From: an uncultured delta proteobacterium
GTDB taxonomy: Bacteria; Desulfobacterota; Binatia; UBA9968
Reading direction: 5' to 3'
Assembly (NCBI GenBank): GCA_963755715.1
Contig: CAVWLW010000028.1
Span: forward strand, 1-40,520
DNA: 40,520 bases
Part shown: piece after piece, positions 19,261-27,992 of the stretch
How positions within the stretch are numbered: position 1 is the stretch's first letter
Layout: each line of letters starts with the position of its first letter
Notes under the pieces: generated by a model
What the model saw: only the letters and a program-made list of their open reading frames with translations
Databases searched by the model: none
Told to the model about the DNA's origin: nothing
Position numbers and translations under genes: made by a program

Positions 19261-20244
19261 TCATTGCGCCGTGCGCCGCGCTTCGTCCAGGTAAGTCATG
19301 TCCATATATTTGTCCGTCTTGGGCAATGGCGGCCGCATGGTACCGTCCTCGACTAGCAACTGTAAAACTTTGTCCATGCCTTTAGCGTTGACTTCGCCGT
19401 CTTTGGGAATCGCATTGTTCGAGATGAAGTAGCGCCATGCCGCTTCGGAATGCTTTTCGCTGAATTTGAATCGCTTGGCGATGATGCGCACGGTGTCTTC
19501 CTTCTGCGTATAAATCCAATGCGACGCGCGCAACGTCGCGCGGAGAAAGCGCACGAGCACGGCTTTCTTCTCCTGCGCCCATTCCGCGCGCACGTTGAAG
19601 ACGGTTTGGGTGAAATTCGGCGTGTATTTCGCGGTGGAGCCGAGATTGGTGAAGCCCGCCTCGTCGGCGACGAAAGTATAGGGCGGGCTCAAAATGCCCG
19701 CAGCGACGTTGCCCGTCTGCATGGCGAGCCAGCGTTCCGGTGTGCCGCCGATGGCGAGCATCGCGTAGTCGCGCGGGTATTCCAGCCCGTTAGCCTTGAG
19801 CATCTCCTTCATTAGCACGGTATCGCTGGTAATCAGGCCCGTCACGCCGATCGTCGTGCCTTTTAACTCTTTGATCGATTTGTATTTCGCCGGCGCGTAG
19901 AGATCGTAAACCGGCGCGTTGATCAGGCCGCCGACGATTTTAAGATTGGCACCTTTCTCTACGGCTCTGATGGTGGTCATGGCGGAAGAGGCGGAAATTT
20001 GCGTCGAGCCGCCGATCAGCGCTGGAATCGCCCGCGTGCTGGCATTCAGGACCACCGCTTCGACGAACAAGTTCTCTTTGGCAAAGAAACCTTTGTCCTG
20101 GGCCACGTAGATCGGCAAATTATTGAGCGAGAGCGTGATCGTGCCGAGGGTGATTTTGTCAGGAGACGTTTGCGCGCTTATGGATTGTCGTAAAGCGCCA
20201 AAGGCGACCACGGCGCTCAAGAGAATTATACCGAGTCTGTGCAT
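19261..20244 (-). CDS. ABC-type substrate-binding protein, NMT1/THI5/SsuA family
   Basis: Signal peptide after GGAG RBS; PIYVAQDKGFF.KE, ELKG.TIGV, GL...D.....IGG...R..A...G.V.A, FLRA. Confidence 0.85.
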   Translation of the reverse strand: MHRLGIILLSAVVAFGALRQSISAQTSPDKITLGTITLSLNNLPIYVAQDKGFFAKENLFVEAVVLNASTRAIPALIGGSTQISASSAMTTIRAVEKGANLKIVGGLINAPVYDLYAPAKYKSIKELKGTTIGVTGLITSDTVLMKEMLKANGLEYPRDYAMLAIGGTPERWLAMQTGNVAAGILSPPYTFVADEAGFTNLGSTAKYTPNFTQTVFNVRAEWAQEKKAVLVRFLRATLRASHWIYTQKEDTVRIIAKRFKFSEKHSEAAWRYFISNNAIPKDGEVNAKGMDKVLQLLVEDGTMRPPLPKTDKYMDMTYLDEARRTAQ

Positions 20245-20408
20245 CGAATCTCCGTTCGGCGTGCTGATCGTTAGCTGCGGAGTTGAGAGTAGCCGATGCG
20301 ACATCGACGGTCAATGCGATTGCGTCGCGCGGCTAAAGGTTAGACAGAACGGCGCGGATTCGATATGAGCCTATCCAATGATTCGACGTGTCAAATGGGA
20401 GACGCCCA

Positions 20409-21248
20409 ATGATCAGAACCATCGGCAAATTCAAAGAAGTTAGTATTGTCTGCCTGGCTTTGGCTGTGCTGGCACCGGGATTTGCGGCTGGACAGCAAGG
20501 TAAGGGCGGATCCTCGACCGATGAGCTGCTCAAGTCAATCGGCCTCGCCAAGCCGGCATTTGCGCGCGCGCCGGATTTCAATTTAAGAGACGGCACTGGT
20601 GGCATGGCCAGCTTGAGCGGCAATCGCGGCAATTTAATACTACTCAATTTCTGGGCGACCTGGTGCGGACCGTGCCGAGAAGAGATGCCGTCGATGGAGC
20701 AATTGAGCCGGTCATTCGGCGGCCAAGGATTCACCGTACTCGCCGTCAACCAGCGCGAAAGCGCGGCGCAGGTCGAGCGCTACATGAAAACCAACGGCCT
20801 AAATTTTCGCGCGCCCTTAGATACCGATGGCCGGGTATCGGCCTCCTATCGTGTCTACGGCATTCCCGCGACGTATTTGATCGACGCCCATGGTCAGGCG
20901 ATCGGCATGAAATCCGGTACGCGCGATTGGGCGGCGCGTGAAGTGGTCGATGTTTTTCGCAAGCTCATCGCTGACGGCGGCGGCAGCGGTTCGGTGGGCG
21001 GATCGATGGAACTCGAACCGGCGGCGCCTCTGCCGAAAACGCTGCGCGCGAAAGGCACTGGAGTTTTGGTGCATGGGCAGCAGGACGCGCAATCGGAAAT
21101 CATCGGCAAGCTCGACCGCGGCGACGACTTGGTCCCGCTCGGCAAAGTCTCCGGCGCCGGCGAGTTTTGGTACATGGTGAAGACCAAGACTGGTGCGATT
21201 GGATGGGTGAGGGGGGCGGAGGTGGAGGAATTAAGGAGCCAAAAATAA
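20409..21248 (+). CDS. TlpA/ResA-like redoxin with C-terminal SH3b-like domain
   Basis: APDF.L, LNFWATWCGPCREEMP, YGIPATYLID; Gly/Ser linker followed by V.......S.IIG.L..GD....LG......WY.VK...G..GWV. Confidence 0.82.
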   Translation: MIRTIGKFKEVSIVCLALAVLAPGFAAGQQGKGGSSTDELLKSIGLAKPAFARAPDFNLRDGTGGMASLSGNRGNLILLNFWATWCGPCREEMPSMEQLSRSFGGQGFTVLAVNQRESAAQVERYMKTNGLNFRAPLDTDGRVSASYRVYGIPATYLIDAHGQAIGMKSGTRDWAAREVVDVFRKLIADGGGSGSVGGSMELEPAAPLPKTLRAKGTGVLVHGQQDAQSEIIGKLDRGDDLVPLGKVSGAGEFWYMVKTKTGAIGWVRGAEVEELRSQK

Positions 21249-21417
21249 ACTTGCGTCGGTCGTTTCGACGGGTTAATTAAGGGTACAATATCAACAGCGG
21301 CCGCATGGCCGCACTATCCTCCTTATATTTTTCGTTGCGCCAAAACTCCTCCTAGAGTTCGCCGCCAAAATTATCTAAAATCGCCGCTTATGGTGCGCCG
21401 GCTGGAAGGAGGCTCGC

Positions 21418-23448
21418 ATGGTCAAAAAGATTCCCACAAAGATCGAGAAACACGGTCATGTGCGCGTTGATGATTACCACTGGCTGCGCGAGCGGGAGGA
21501 TCCCGAGGTCATTAAATACCTGAACGAGGAGAATGAGCGCGCGGCCAAAGAGATGGCGCATACGGGCGATTTCGAGGAAAAGCTTTTTGAGGAGATCAAG
21601 GGGCGGTTCAAACAGACCGACATGTCGGTGCCGTACAGGCGCGACGACTACTTCTACTACACGCGGTATGAGCAGGGCAAAGAATATGCGATCTACGCGC
21701 GTAAGCGCGGTGCGCTGGATCAGCCAGAGGAGATTATGCTCGACGCCAATATACTGGCGGAGGGGCATGAGTTTTTTTCCATCGGCGGCTCGGCGGTAAG
21801 CTCTGGCCAGGACATTCTTGCCTACGCCATCGACACGCAGGGGCGGCGTATTCATACCGGTTACCTAAAAAACCTAACCACCGGTGAGATGCTGCCGGAT
21901 GTGTTGCCCAACGTAACGGAGAATCTCGCCTGGGCGAACGACAACAAGACTTTATTCTACGGCAAGCAGGACGAGATCACGCTGCGCCAATATCAAATCT
22001 ACCGCCACGTCGTTGGCACCGATCCGGCGGAGGATCAACGGGTCTACCAAGAGGACGATGAGACCTTTGTCGCTTACATTTTCAAAACCAAGTCAAAGAA
22101 GTTTCTGATGATCGTCGCCTCGCACACCAACAGCCAAGAATACCGCTATCTCGAAGCCGATCGTCCGTTCGGTGAGTCTAAAATCTTTCTGCCGCGCGAG
22201 CGCGAGCATGAATATCACATCGATCATTTCGACGATCGGTTCCTGATCCGTACCAACGATCATGCGAAAAACTTTCGTTTGATGTGGACACCGGTGGAGA
22301 AACCAGAGAGGGAGCATTGGCAGGAAATCATTCCTCACCGGGATGGTGTTTATCTCGGCGATTTCGAGCTGTTTAAAGAGCATTTTGTTTTAGAAGAACG
22401 CGCGCGCGGGCTCACGCAGATCCGGATTGTTCCCTGGTTCGGCGGCGCAGGGCATTACCTCGAGTTCGACGAGCCCGCGTACCGCGCCAATCTCAACGTC
22501 AATTTGCAGTTCGACACGACCACGATGCGCTTCGAGTACACGTCGATGAAAACGCCGCTCTCGATCTACGATTACGATATGGCGACGCAGCAAAGAACGT
22601 TGCTCAAGCGCGAAGAGGTGCTGGGCGGCTTCGATACGGAGCGTTACGTAACCGAGCGGTTTTTTGCTGCCGCGCCGGATGGCACGGAGATTCCGATCTC
22701 CTTGCTGTACCGCAAGGGCACGGTGAGAAACGGCGACAATCCGCTTTTGCTCTACGGCTACGGCTCCTACGGCTTCAGCATCGATGCGTCGTTTGCGTCG
22801 CCGCGCCTAAGTTTGGTCGATCGCGGTTTTGTCTACGCGATCGCGCACGTGCGCGGCGGGCAGGAGATGGGGCGACGCTGGTACGAGGACGGCAAGCTGC
22901 TCAAGAAGAAAAACACATTTACTGATTTCATCGCCTGCGCAGAATTTCTTATCCGGGAAAAATTCACCAAGCCGGAGAAGCTGTTTGCCATGGGACGGAG
23001 CGCCGGCGGGCTATTGGTGGGCGCGATCAGCAATATGCGCCCCGATCTATTCAAAGGGATCGTCGCCGAGGTGCCTTTCGTCGACGTGATGACCACCATG
23101 CTCGACGCTTCGATTCCTCTCACGACCGGTGAGTACGACGAGTGGGGCAATCCCAATCAGAAAGAATATTACGATTACATGCTTTCTTACTCGCCCTACG
23201 ATAACGTCGAGAGAAAAGCTTATCCCGCCATGCTGATCACCGGCGGGCTGCACGATTCTCAAGTGCAATACTGGGAGCCGGCCAAATGGGCGGCTAAATT
23301 GCGCGAGCTCAAGACCGACAAAAATCGCTTACTGCTCAAAACCAACATGGAGGCCGGCCATGGCGGCGCTTCGGGCCGCTTCCGCCGCCATCATGAGACC
23401 GCGTTCTCGTACCTGTTTTTGCTGGATCTGGCGGGGATTAAAGAATAG
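21418..23448 (+). CDS. ptrB: Oligopeptidase B (S9A serine peptidase)
   Basis: DDYHWLR, LYGYGSYG, HVRGG, GRSAGG catalytic Ser, HDSQVQYWEPAKW, GHGG; AAGGAGG RBS. Confidence 0.93.
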   Translation: MVKKIPTKIEKHGHVRVDDYHWLREREDPEVIKYLNEENERAAKEMAHTGDFEEKLFEEIKGRFKQTDMSVPYRRDDYFYYTRYEQGKEYAIYARKRGALDQPEEIMLDANILAEGHEFFSIGGSAVSSGQDILAYAIDTQGRRIHTGYLKNLTTGEMLPDVLPNVTENLAWANDNKTLFYGKQDEITLRQYQIYRHVVGTDPAEDQRVYQEDDETFVAYIFKTKSKKFLMIVASHTNSQEYRYLEADRPFGESKIFLPREREHEYHIDHFDDRFLIRTNDHAKNFRLMWTPVEKPEREHWQEIIPHRDGVYLGDFELFKEHFVLEERARGLTQIRIVPWFGGAGHYLEFDEPAYRANLNVNLQFDTTTMRFEYTSMKTPLSIYDYDMATQQRTLLKREEVLGGFDTERYVTERFFAAAPDGTEIPISLLYRKGTVRNGDNPLLLYGYGSYGFSIDASFASPRLSLVDRGFVYAIAHVRGGQEMGRRWYEDGKLLKKKNTFTDFIACAEFLIREKFTKPEKLFAMGRSAGGLLVGAISNMRPDLFKGIVAEVPFVDVMTTMLDASIPLTTGEYDEWGNPNQKEYYDYMLSYSPYDNVERKAYPAMLITGGLHDSQVQYWEPAKWAAKLRELKTDKNRLLLKTNMEAGHGGASGRFRRHHETAFSYLFLLDLAGIKE

Positions 23449-23475
23449 TCAGCGCAGAATAGGATCGCGGGCGTC

Positions 23476-24804
23476 TTAGTGTTTTGAGCTTTTCTTTTTT
23501 TCTTCCCACTCTTCAAGGCGCTCCTTGATTTGCTTTTCCTGCCCCGACTCCGACGGGGCATAATAGCGTTTGCCGAGCAGCTCCTTTGGCAAATGCTCCT
23601 GCTCGACGAAGTGGTCTTCGTAATCGTGCGCATACTTGTAATCTTTGCCGTAGCCGAGATCTTGCATCAAAGGGGTCGGCGCGTTGCGCAAGTGCAACGG
23701 GACCGGAAGCGCGCCATGTTGGCGCACATCTTCGGCGGCGGTGAGCATCGCCTTGTAGGACGCATTCGATTTCGGCGCGCTGGCGAGGTAGGTCACCGCC
23801 TGCGCCAGCGGAATCCGTCCTTCGGGAAGTCCGATGAAGTGAAAAGCGTCTTTAGCGGCGACGGCGACTTGCAGCGCTTGCGGATCGGCGTTGCCGATAT
23901 CTTCCGCCGCGAAAATCACCATGCGCCGGGCGATAAAGAGCGGATCCTCGCCGGCCTCGATCATGCGCATCATCCAATAAACCGCGGCATCCGGGTCGCT
24001 GCCGCGCATGCTTTTGATGAACGCCGAGATTACATTGTAATGCTCGTCGCCGGCCTTGTCATAACGGAGCGGGGTTTTTTGCAAGGCCTCTTGCAAATGC
24101 GCAAGCCCGATCTCCTTTTGGCCTTGTGCTTGCGCGAGTGCGGCGGCTGCTTCCAAAGCGTTGAGCGCGACCCGGCAATCGCCGTGGGACTGCTCGATTA
24201 GAAACGACCGGCCCGGCGCGGTAATCTCAAGCCTCAACGATCCCAGTCCCCGGTTTGGGTCGTGCAGCGCGCGGTCGACGATCGTGCCGATCTCCGCCGG
24301 TGAAAGCGCTTTAAGCACCAACACCCGGCAGCGCGAGAGTAGCGGCGAAATGACTTCGAAAGAAGGATTCTCCGTCGTAGCGCCGATCAAGGTTAAGGTG
24401 CCGCGTTCGACGTGGGGCAGAAAATTATCCTGCTGGGCTTTGTTAAAATGGTGGATCTCGTCGACGAACAGCACCGTCGCTTGGCCGGCTCGTTGTAGCT
24501 GCTCGGCCTCCTGGATGATTTTTTTTAAATCTTTGACGCCCGAAGTTACGGCAGAGAAATGCACGCAGACCGCGCCGGCTGAGTCGGCGAGGATTTGCGC
24601 AAGCGTGGTTTTGCCGCTGCCGGGCGGGCCCCAAAAGATCAACGATTGAAGCTGGCCCGTTTTGGCCGCGCTAGTCAGAATCTTACCCGGACCGAGCAAG
24701 TGATCTTGGCCGACGAATTCCTCGATCTTGGCCGGCCGCATGCGCTCCGCCAAGGGTTGCGACGACTTGCGTTGCCGGGACGGCGGTGGCGCGAACAGAT
24801 CCAT
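23476..24804 (-). CDS. rarA: Replication-associated recombination protein A (AAA+)
   Basis: PLAERMRP, GQDHLL, WGPPGSGKTT, DEIH.FNKAQQD, GATTENPSF, SAFIKSMRGSDPDAA, EDIG.ADP, VP.HLRNAP. Confidence 0.95.
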   Translation of the reverse strand: MDLFAPPPSRQRKSSQPLAERMRPAKIEEFVGQDHLLGPGKILTSAAKTGQLQSLIFWGPPGSGKTTLAQILADSAGAVCVHFSAVTSGVKDLKKIIQEAEQLQRAGQATVLFVDEIHHFNKAQQDNFLPHVERGTLTLIGATTENPSFEVISPLLSRCRVLVLKALSPAEIGTIVDRALHDPNRGLGSLRLEITAPGRSFLIEQSHGDCRVALNALEAAAALAQAQGQKEIGLAHLQEALQKTPLRYDKAGDEHYNVISAFIKSMRGSDPDAAVYWMMRMIEAGEDPLFIARRMVIFAAEDIGNADPQALQVAVAAKDAFHFIGLPEGRIPLAQAVTYLASAPKSNASYKAMLTAAEDVRQHGALPVPLHLRNAPTPLMQDLGYGKDYKYAHDYEDHFVEQEHLPKELLGKRYYAPSESGQEKQIKERLEEWEEKKKSSKH

Positions 24805-24906
24805 GATTTTATGCTAGCACAGCTCGCCGGCTTGGTTGTAGGCCAAAGTATTGTTAGCGGAGCGACAAAGTTGTGTGCTAAAATCAACTCCAATGACGAG
24901 ACCCTT

Positions 24907-25272
24907 ATGATCACTGGAAACGACAGAGAAAATCCTTCCTTTATCCACGGCGCGACGCCGCGCACGGTGTTGTTTGCGAACTCCTCGATCTCCGGCAAGC
25001 TGAGCTATAATCTGCCGGTCAAAATCGACGGCCATTTTACCGGAGAGATCAAATCGACCGAGCTTTTGGTGATCGGTGCCAATGCGCAGGTCGACGCGCA
25101 TATTTCGGCCCGCCAGGTCCATTTGGAGGGCCGGTTGGTGGGATCGGTGCAGTCGATGGGTTGTTTTGAAGTGATGCCGGGCGGCTATTTCAAAGGCGAA
25201 GCCCGAGTCGCTGAGTTGCGCGTTCACCCGGGGGCGATCTTTGACGGGAACGGCAACGTTTTAGGCGGCTAA
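24907..25272 (+). CDS. Bactofilin (polymer-forming cytoskeletal protein)
   Basis: Beta-helix repeats ISGKL....VKIDG.F.GEI.....LVIG..A.V.A.I.A..V.L.G...G, ending GA.FDG; ATG 24907 is in frame with ORF 24595-25272. Confidence 0.83.
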   Translation: MITGNDRENPSFIHGATPRTVLFANSSISGKLSYNLPVKIDGHFTGEIKSTELLVIGANAQVDAHISARQVHLEGRLVGSVQSMGCFEVMPGGYFKGEARVAELRVHPGAIFDGNGNVLGG

Positions 25273-25282
25273 AATGCGGGTG

Positions 25283-25624
25283 CTATTCTTCGCCCTGTAG
25301 CCGTGCGGCCTTCCCCGATCTTTCACGAAGATAATAGAGTTTGGCGCGCCGTACACGGCCGCGTGATACGACTTCGACTTTGTCGATACGCGGCGAGTGA
25401 ATCGGAAAAATGCGCTCGACGCCCACGCCGTACGAAATCTTTCGCACTGTGAACATGGCGCGGTTGCCGCTGCCCGACATCGCGATCACGATGCCTTCAA
25501 AGATTTGCGTGCGTTCTTTTTCGCCTTCGACGACTTTTACATGGACGCGAACAGTCTCGCCGGGGCGGACCGCGGGCGGTTCTTGTTTCGTTTGCTGTGC
25601 TTCCAGTTGACCGACAATATTCAT
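25283..25624 (-). CDS. rplS: 50S ribosomal protein L19
   Basis: [52 protein letters not shown]. Confidence 0.97.
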   Translation of the reverse strand: MNIVGQLEAQQTKQEPPAVRPGETVRVHVKVVEGEKERTQIFEGIVIAMSGSGNRAMFTVRKISYGVGVERIFPIHSPRIDKVEVVSRGRVRRAKLYYLRERSGKAARLQGEE

Positions 25625-25640
25625 GATTGACTCCTGTTTA

Positions 25641-26270
25641 TCACCGGCATCCTAACAGGCGATCCAAAATAATGGCCGCCGCCGAGCGCACCGATAGGTG
25701 ATTAAAATCGGCGCTCCCCTCGATCGCTTCCAGCGTGTAGTCTGCTTGTGAAAGTATGGTTTCCGTCAGGCCCCATCCGGTACCGAAGAGCAGGAGAAAG
25801 GGCCGAGTCTGTCTATTTAACATGTCTTTTAAGGCGACGAAAGAGGTGCGCTTTCCCGCGGGCCGTGCCGAGGTGGCAATCAAAATCGGCTTGGCGCCGG
25901 TTTCACGCTCGATCGCGATGATCGCGTCGTCGAGAGCGTCGCAAATCCGCGCGAGCGCAAGCGCTTCTTTGCGCGTCGCGTTGTACTGGCTGCCGTATCC
26001 CGTTTCCCAATGATCGATGATCTTGAGCGCGAGCTTTTGCAGCGGTTTGACCGGCGTCACGACAAAGAGGCCGCGGACGCCGTAGGTGCGGCCGGCGCGG
26101 CAAATATCATGAATGTCCATGTTGGTGACCGCGGTGGTGACCACCTGACCGTTCTTGTCGTAAACCGGATAATGCAGAAGCGCGAGATAGACTGCGGTGC
26201 GCGCGCGCGATGCGCCGCCGCTCATCAATATCCACGCCGGCCTTGGCAAATAAATCCGGACGACGCTCAC
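25641..26270 (-). CDS. SPOUT-type RNA methyltransferase (DUF2168 family), probably the C-terminal domain of a TrmD fusion
   Basis: [62 protein letters not shown]. Its frame overlaps the trmD tail and has no convincing start of its own. Confidence 0.85.
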   Translation of the reverse strand: MSVVRIYLPRPAWILMSGGASRARTAVYLALLHYPVYDKNGQVVTTAVTNMDIHDICRAGRTYGVRGLFVVTPVKPLQKLALKIIDHWETGYGSQYNATRKEALALARICDALDDAIIAIERETGAKPILIATSARPAGKRTSFVALKDMLNRQTRPFLLLFGTGWGLTETILSQADYTLEAIEGSADFNHLSVRSAAAIILDRLLGCR

Positions 26271-26916
26271 GCGTGACGGCTAAGCTCTGACGGCGACGCC
26301 ATTGTTTGATGCGCTCATGATCTCCGGAGAGTAAGACTTCCGGAACCTTCATACCGCGAAACTCTTCGGGCCGTGTGTATTGGGGATATTCCAGTAAACC
26401 GTCGGTAAAAGATTCCTCCGCGGCGGAATTTTCGTTGCCTAATACGCTTGGCACCAGGCGGGCAACCGCATCGATCAAGACGATCGCCGCCGGCTCGCCG
26501 CCGCTTAGCGTGTAATCGCCCAGAGAAATTTCTTCGTCGACAAACGCGCTGACTCGTTCGTCGACGCCTTCGTAACGGCCGCAGATGAGGACGACATTTG
26601 GCTCTCGCGAAAGCTGCATCGCGGTGTGCTGGTCGAAGACTCGGCCGCGCGGCGTCAGCAGGATCACGCGAGCCTCCGGCGCTTGGCTGCGCGCGCTCTC
26701 GATGGCGGCGACCAACGGCGCCGCCTTCATCACCATGCCCTGGCCGCCGCCGTAGGGTGAGTCATCGGTGGTGTGATGCCGATCGCTGGTGTAGTTGCGC
26801 AAATCGACGATATCAATTTTGATTAGACCGTTGTCCTGCGCTTTTCTTAAAATGCTGTGGTTGAGAGGAGAGCCCAGCATCTGCGGAAAAATCGTGATGA
26901 CGGTGAAATTAAGCAT
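26107..26916 (-). CDS. trmD: tRNA (guanine-N1)-methyltransferase TrmD (real coding frame probably ends ~26200 and continues into DUF2168)
   Basis: [62 protein letters not shown]. Confidence 0.95.
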   Translation of the reverse strand: MLNFTVITIFPQMLGSPLNHSILRKAQDNGLIKIDIVDLRNYTSDRHHTTDDSPYGGGQGMVMKAAPLVAAIESARSQAPEARVILLTPRGRVFDQHTAMQLSREPNVVLICGRYEGVDERVSAFVDEEISLGDYTLSGGEPAAIVLIDAVARLVPSVLGNENSAAEESFTDGLLEYPQYTRPEEFRGMKVPEVLLSGDHERIKQWRRRQSLAVTRERRPDLFAKAGVDIDERRRIARAHRSLSRASALSGLRQERSGGHHRGHQHGHS

Positions 26917-26947
26917 GGCCTGAAAGCGACAGCGGGATTTGCTGAAA

Positions 26948-27460
26948 TTACAGATCCAGCAATCCAGGCGGCGGATTAATCGTAACAGCGCCGGCGCTGA
27001 AATCGACTTTTTCGATGATTTCCTTTACCGCCGGAATCAAATGCTCCTTGGTCGGGCCTTGCACCACGTAAAGCTCACCGCCGCGGGTGGACAGCGTCGA
27101 TGAGATCGTGCCGATGCGTTCGCCGCTCACTGAAAAAACATCGAAGCCAACGACCTGGTAATGATAATACTGACCCGGCGCAAGGGCTTCGAGCGCGGCT
27201 TCCGCCACGGCAAGAGTTGCGCCGATGTAAGGTGACGCCTCGTCGATGCTGTTCAGATCGCGCAGTTTAATGAGCCACTGATGCTTGTGCGGGCTGCCCG
27301 CTTCGAGCTCGTGGACCGATTGATTGCCGGATTTTTCGACGATCACTTCGCTGCTAGAAGACAGCGCGGTGGTAGCCGGATTAAAGGGATTGAGTTTCAG
27401 CCAACCCTTCAGGCCGTGCGTGCCAACGATTTCACCAAGGGGAACTAACGGTTCAGCCAT
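26948..27460 (-). CDS. rimM: 16S rRNA maturation factor RimM
   Basis: LG.IVG.HGLKG..K, L..GQYY..Q.VG, HLIPAV.E.I..VD......I.PP.GLLDL; located in the rpsP-trmD operon. Confidence 0.92.
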   Translation of the reverse strand: MAEPLVPLGEIVGTHGLKGWLKLNPFNPATTALSSSSEVIVEKSGNQSVHELEAGSPHKHQWLIKLRDLNSIDEASPYIGATLAVAEAALEALAPGQYYHYQVVGFDVFSVSGERIGTISSTLSTRGGELYVVQGPTKEHLIPAVKEIIEKVDFSAGAVTINPPPGLLDL

Positions 27461-27481
27461 CGGCGTACACACCGAGGCCCG

Positions 27482-27718
27482 CTACTTTTCCTCGACGATT
27501 TCCAGGACGACCTTGCGATTGCTGATCGTGGCAGCTGCGTTGAGCAGGGTGCGGATCGATTTTGCCGTGCGTCCTTGCTTGCCGATGATCCGTCCCAAGT
27601 CTTCCTTCGCGACCTTGATTTCAAATACCGACGTGTCGTTGCTGGTCGTCTCTTTGATCTCGACCGCATCGGGATTGCTGACCAAGGATTTTGCGAGGTA
27701 TTGGACCAAATCCTTCAT
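27482..27718 (-). CDS. khpA: KH-domain RNA-binding protein KhpA (UPF0109)
   Basis: L..LAK.LV.NPD.V, VA..DLGRIIGKQGRTAKSIRTLL; directly follows rpsP. Confidence 0.92.
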   Translation of the reverse strand: MKDLVQYLAKSLVSNPDAVEIKETTSNDTSVFEIKVAKEDLGRIIGKQGRTAKSIRTLLNAAATISNRKVVLEIVEEK

Positions 27719-27728
27719 GAAAAACCGC

Positions 27729-27974
27729 TTAGCTGGCTTTTTTCTGTTTCTTGATCAATTCGGAAACCGTCTGCGATGGTTTGGCGCCCTTTTTGATCCA
27801 CGCGTCGATTTTGTCTTGATTGAGCTGGACGCCGCCCGTTTTGATTCTTGGATCATAGGTTCCAACCTGTTCGATGTAGCGACCGTCGCGCGGAAAGCGC
27901 TGGTCGCTGACGACGATACGGTAAAACGGTTTTTTCTTCGCCCCGTGCCGGCTCATACGAATAGTTACGCTCAT
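27729..27974 (-). CDS. rpsP: 30S ribosomal protein S16
   Basis: IR.SRHGAKK.PFYRIVV.D.R.PRDGRYIE.VGTYDP, W...GA.PS.TV. Confidence 0.97.
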   Translation of the reverse strand: MSVTIRMSRHGAKKKPFYRIVVSDQRFPRDGRYIEQVGTYDPRIKTGGVQLNQDKIDAWIKKGAKPSQTVSELIKKQKKAS

Positions 27975-27992
27975 ACTTGTATTTCCTTCTCC

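Noticed and set aside
24941-24949. Single TTATCCACG DnaA-like boxes (also ~36910)
   Set aside because: Isolated, one mismatch and inside coding sequence; expected by chance.
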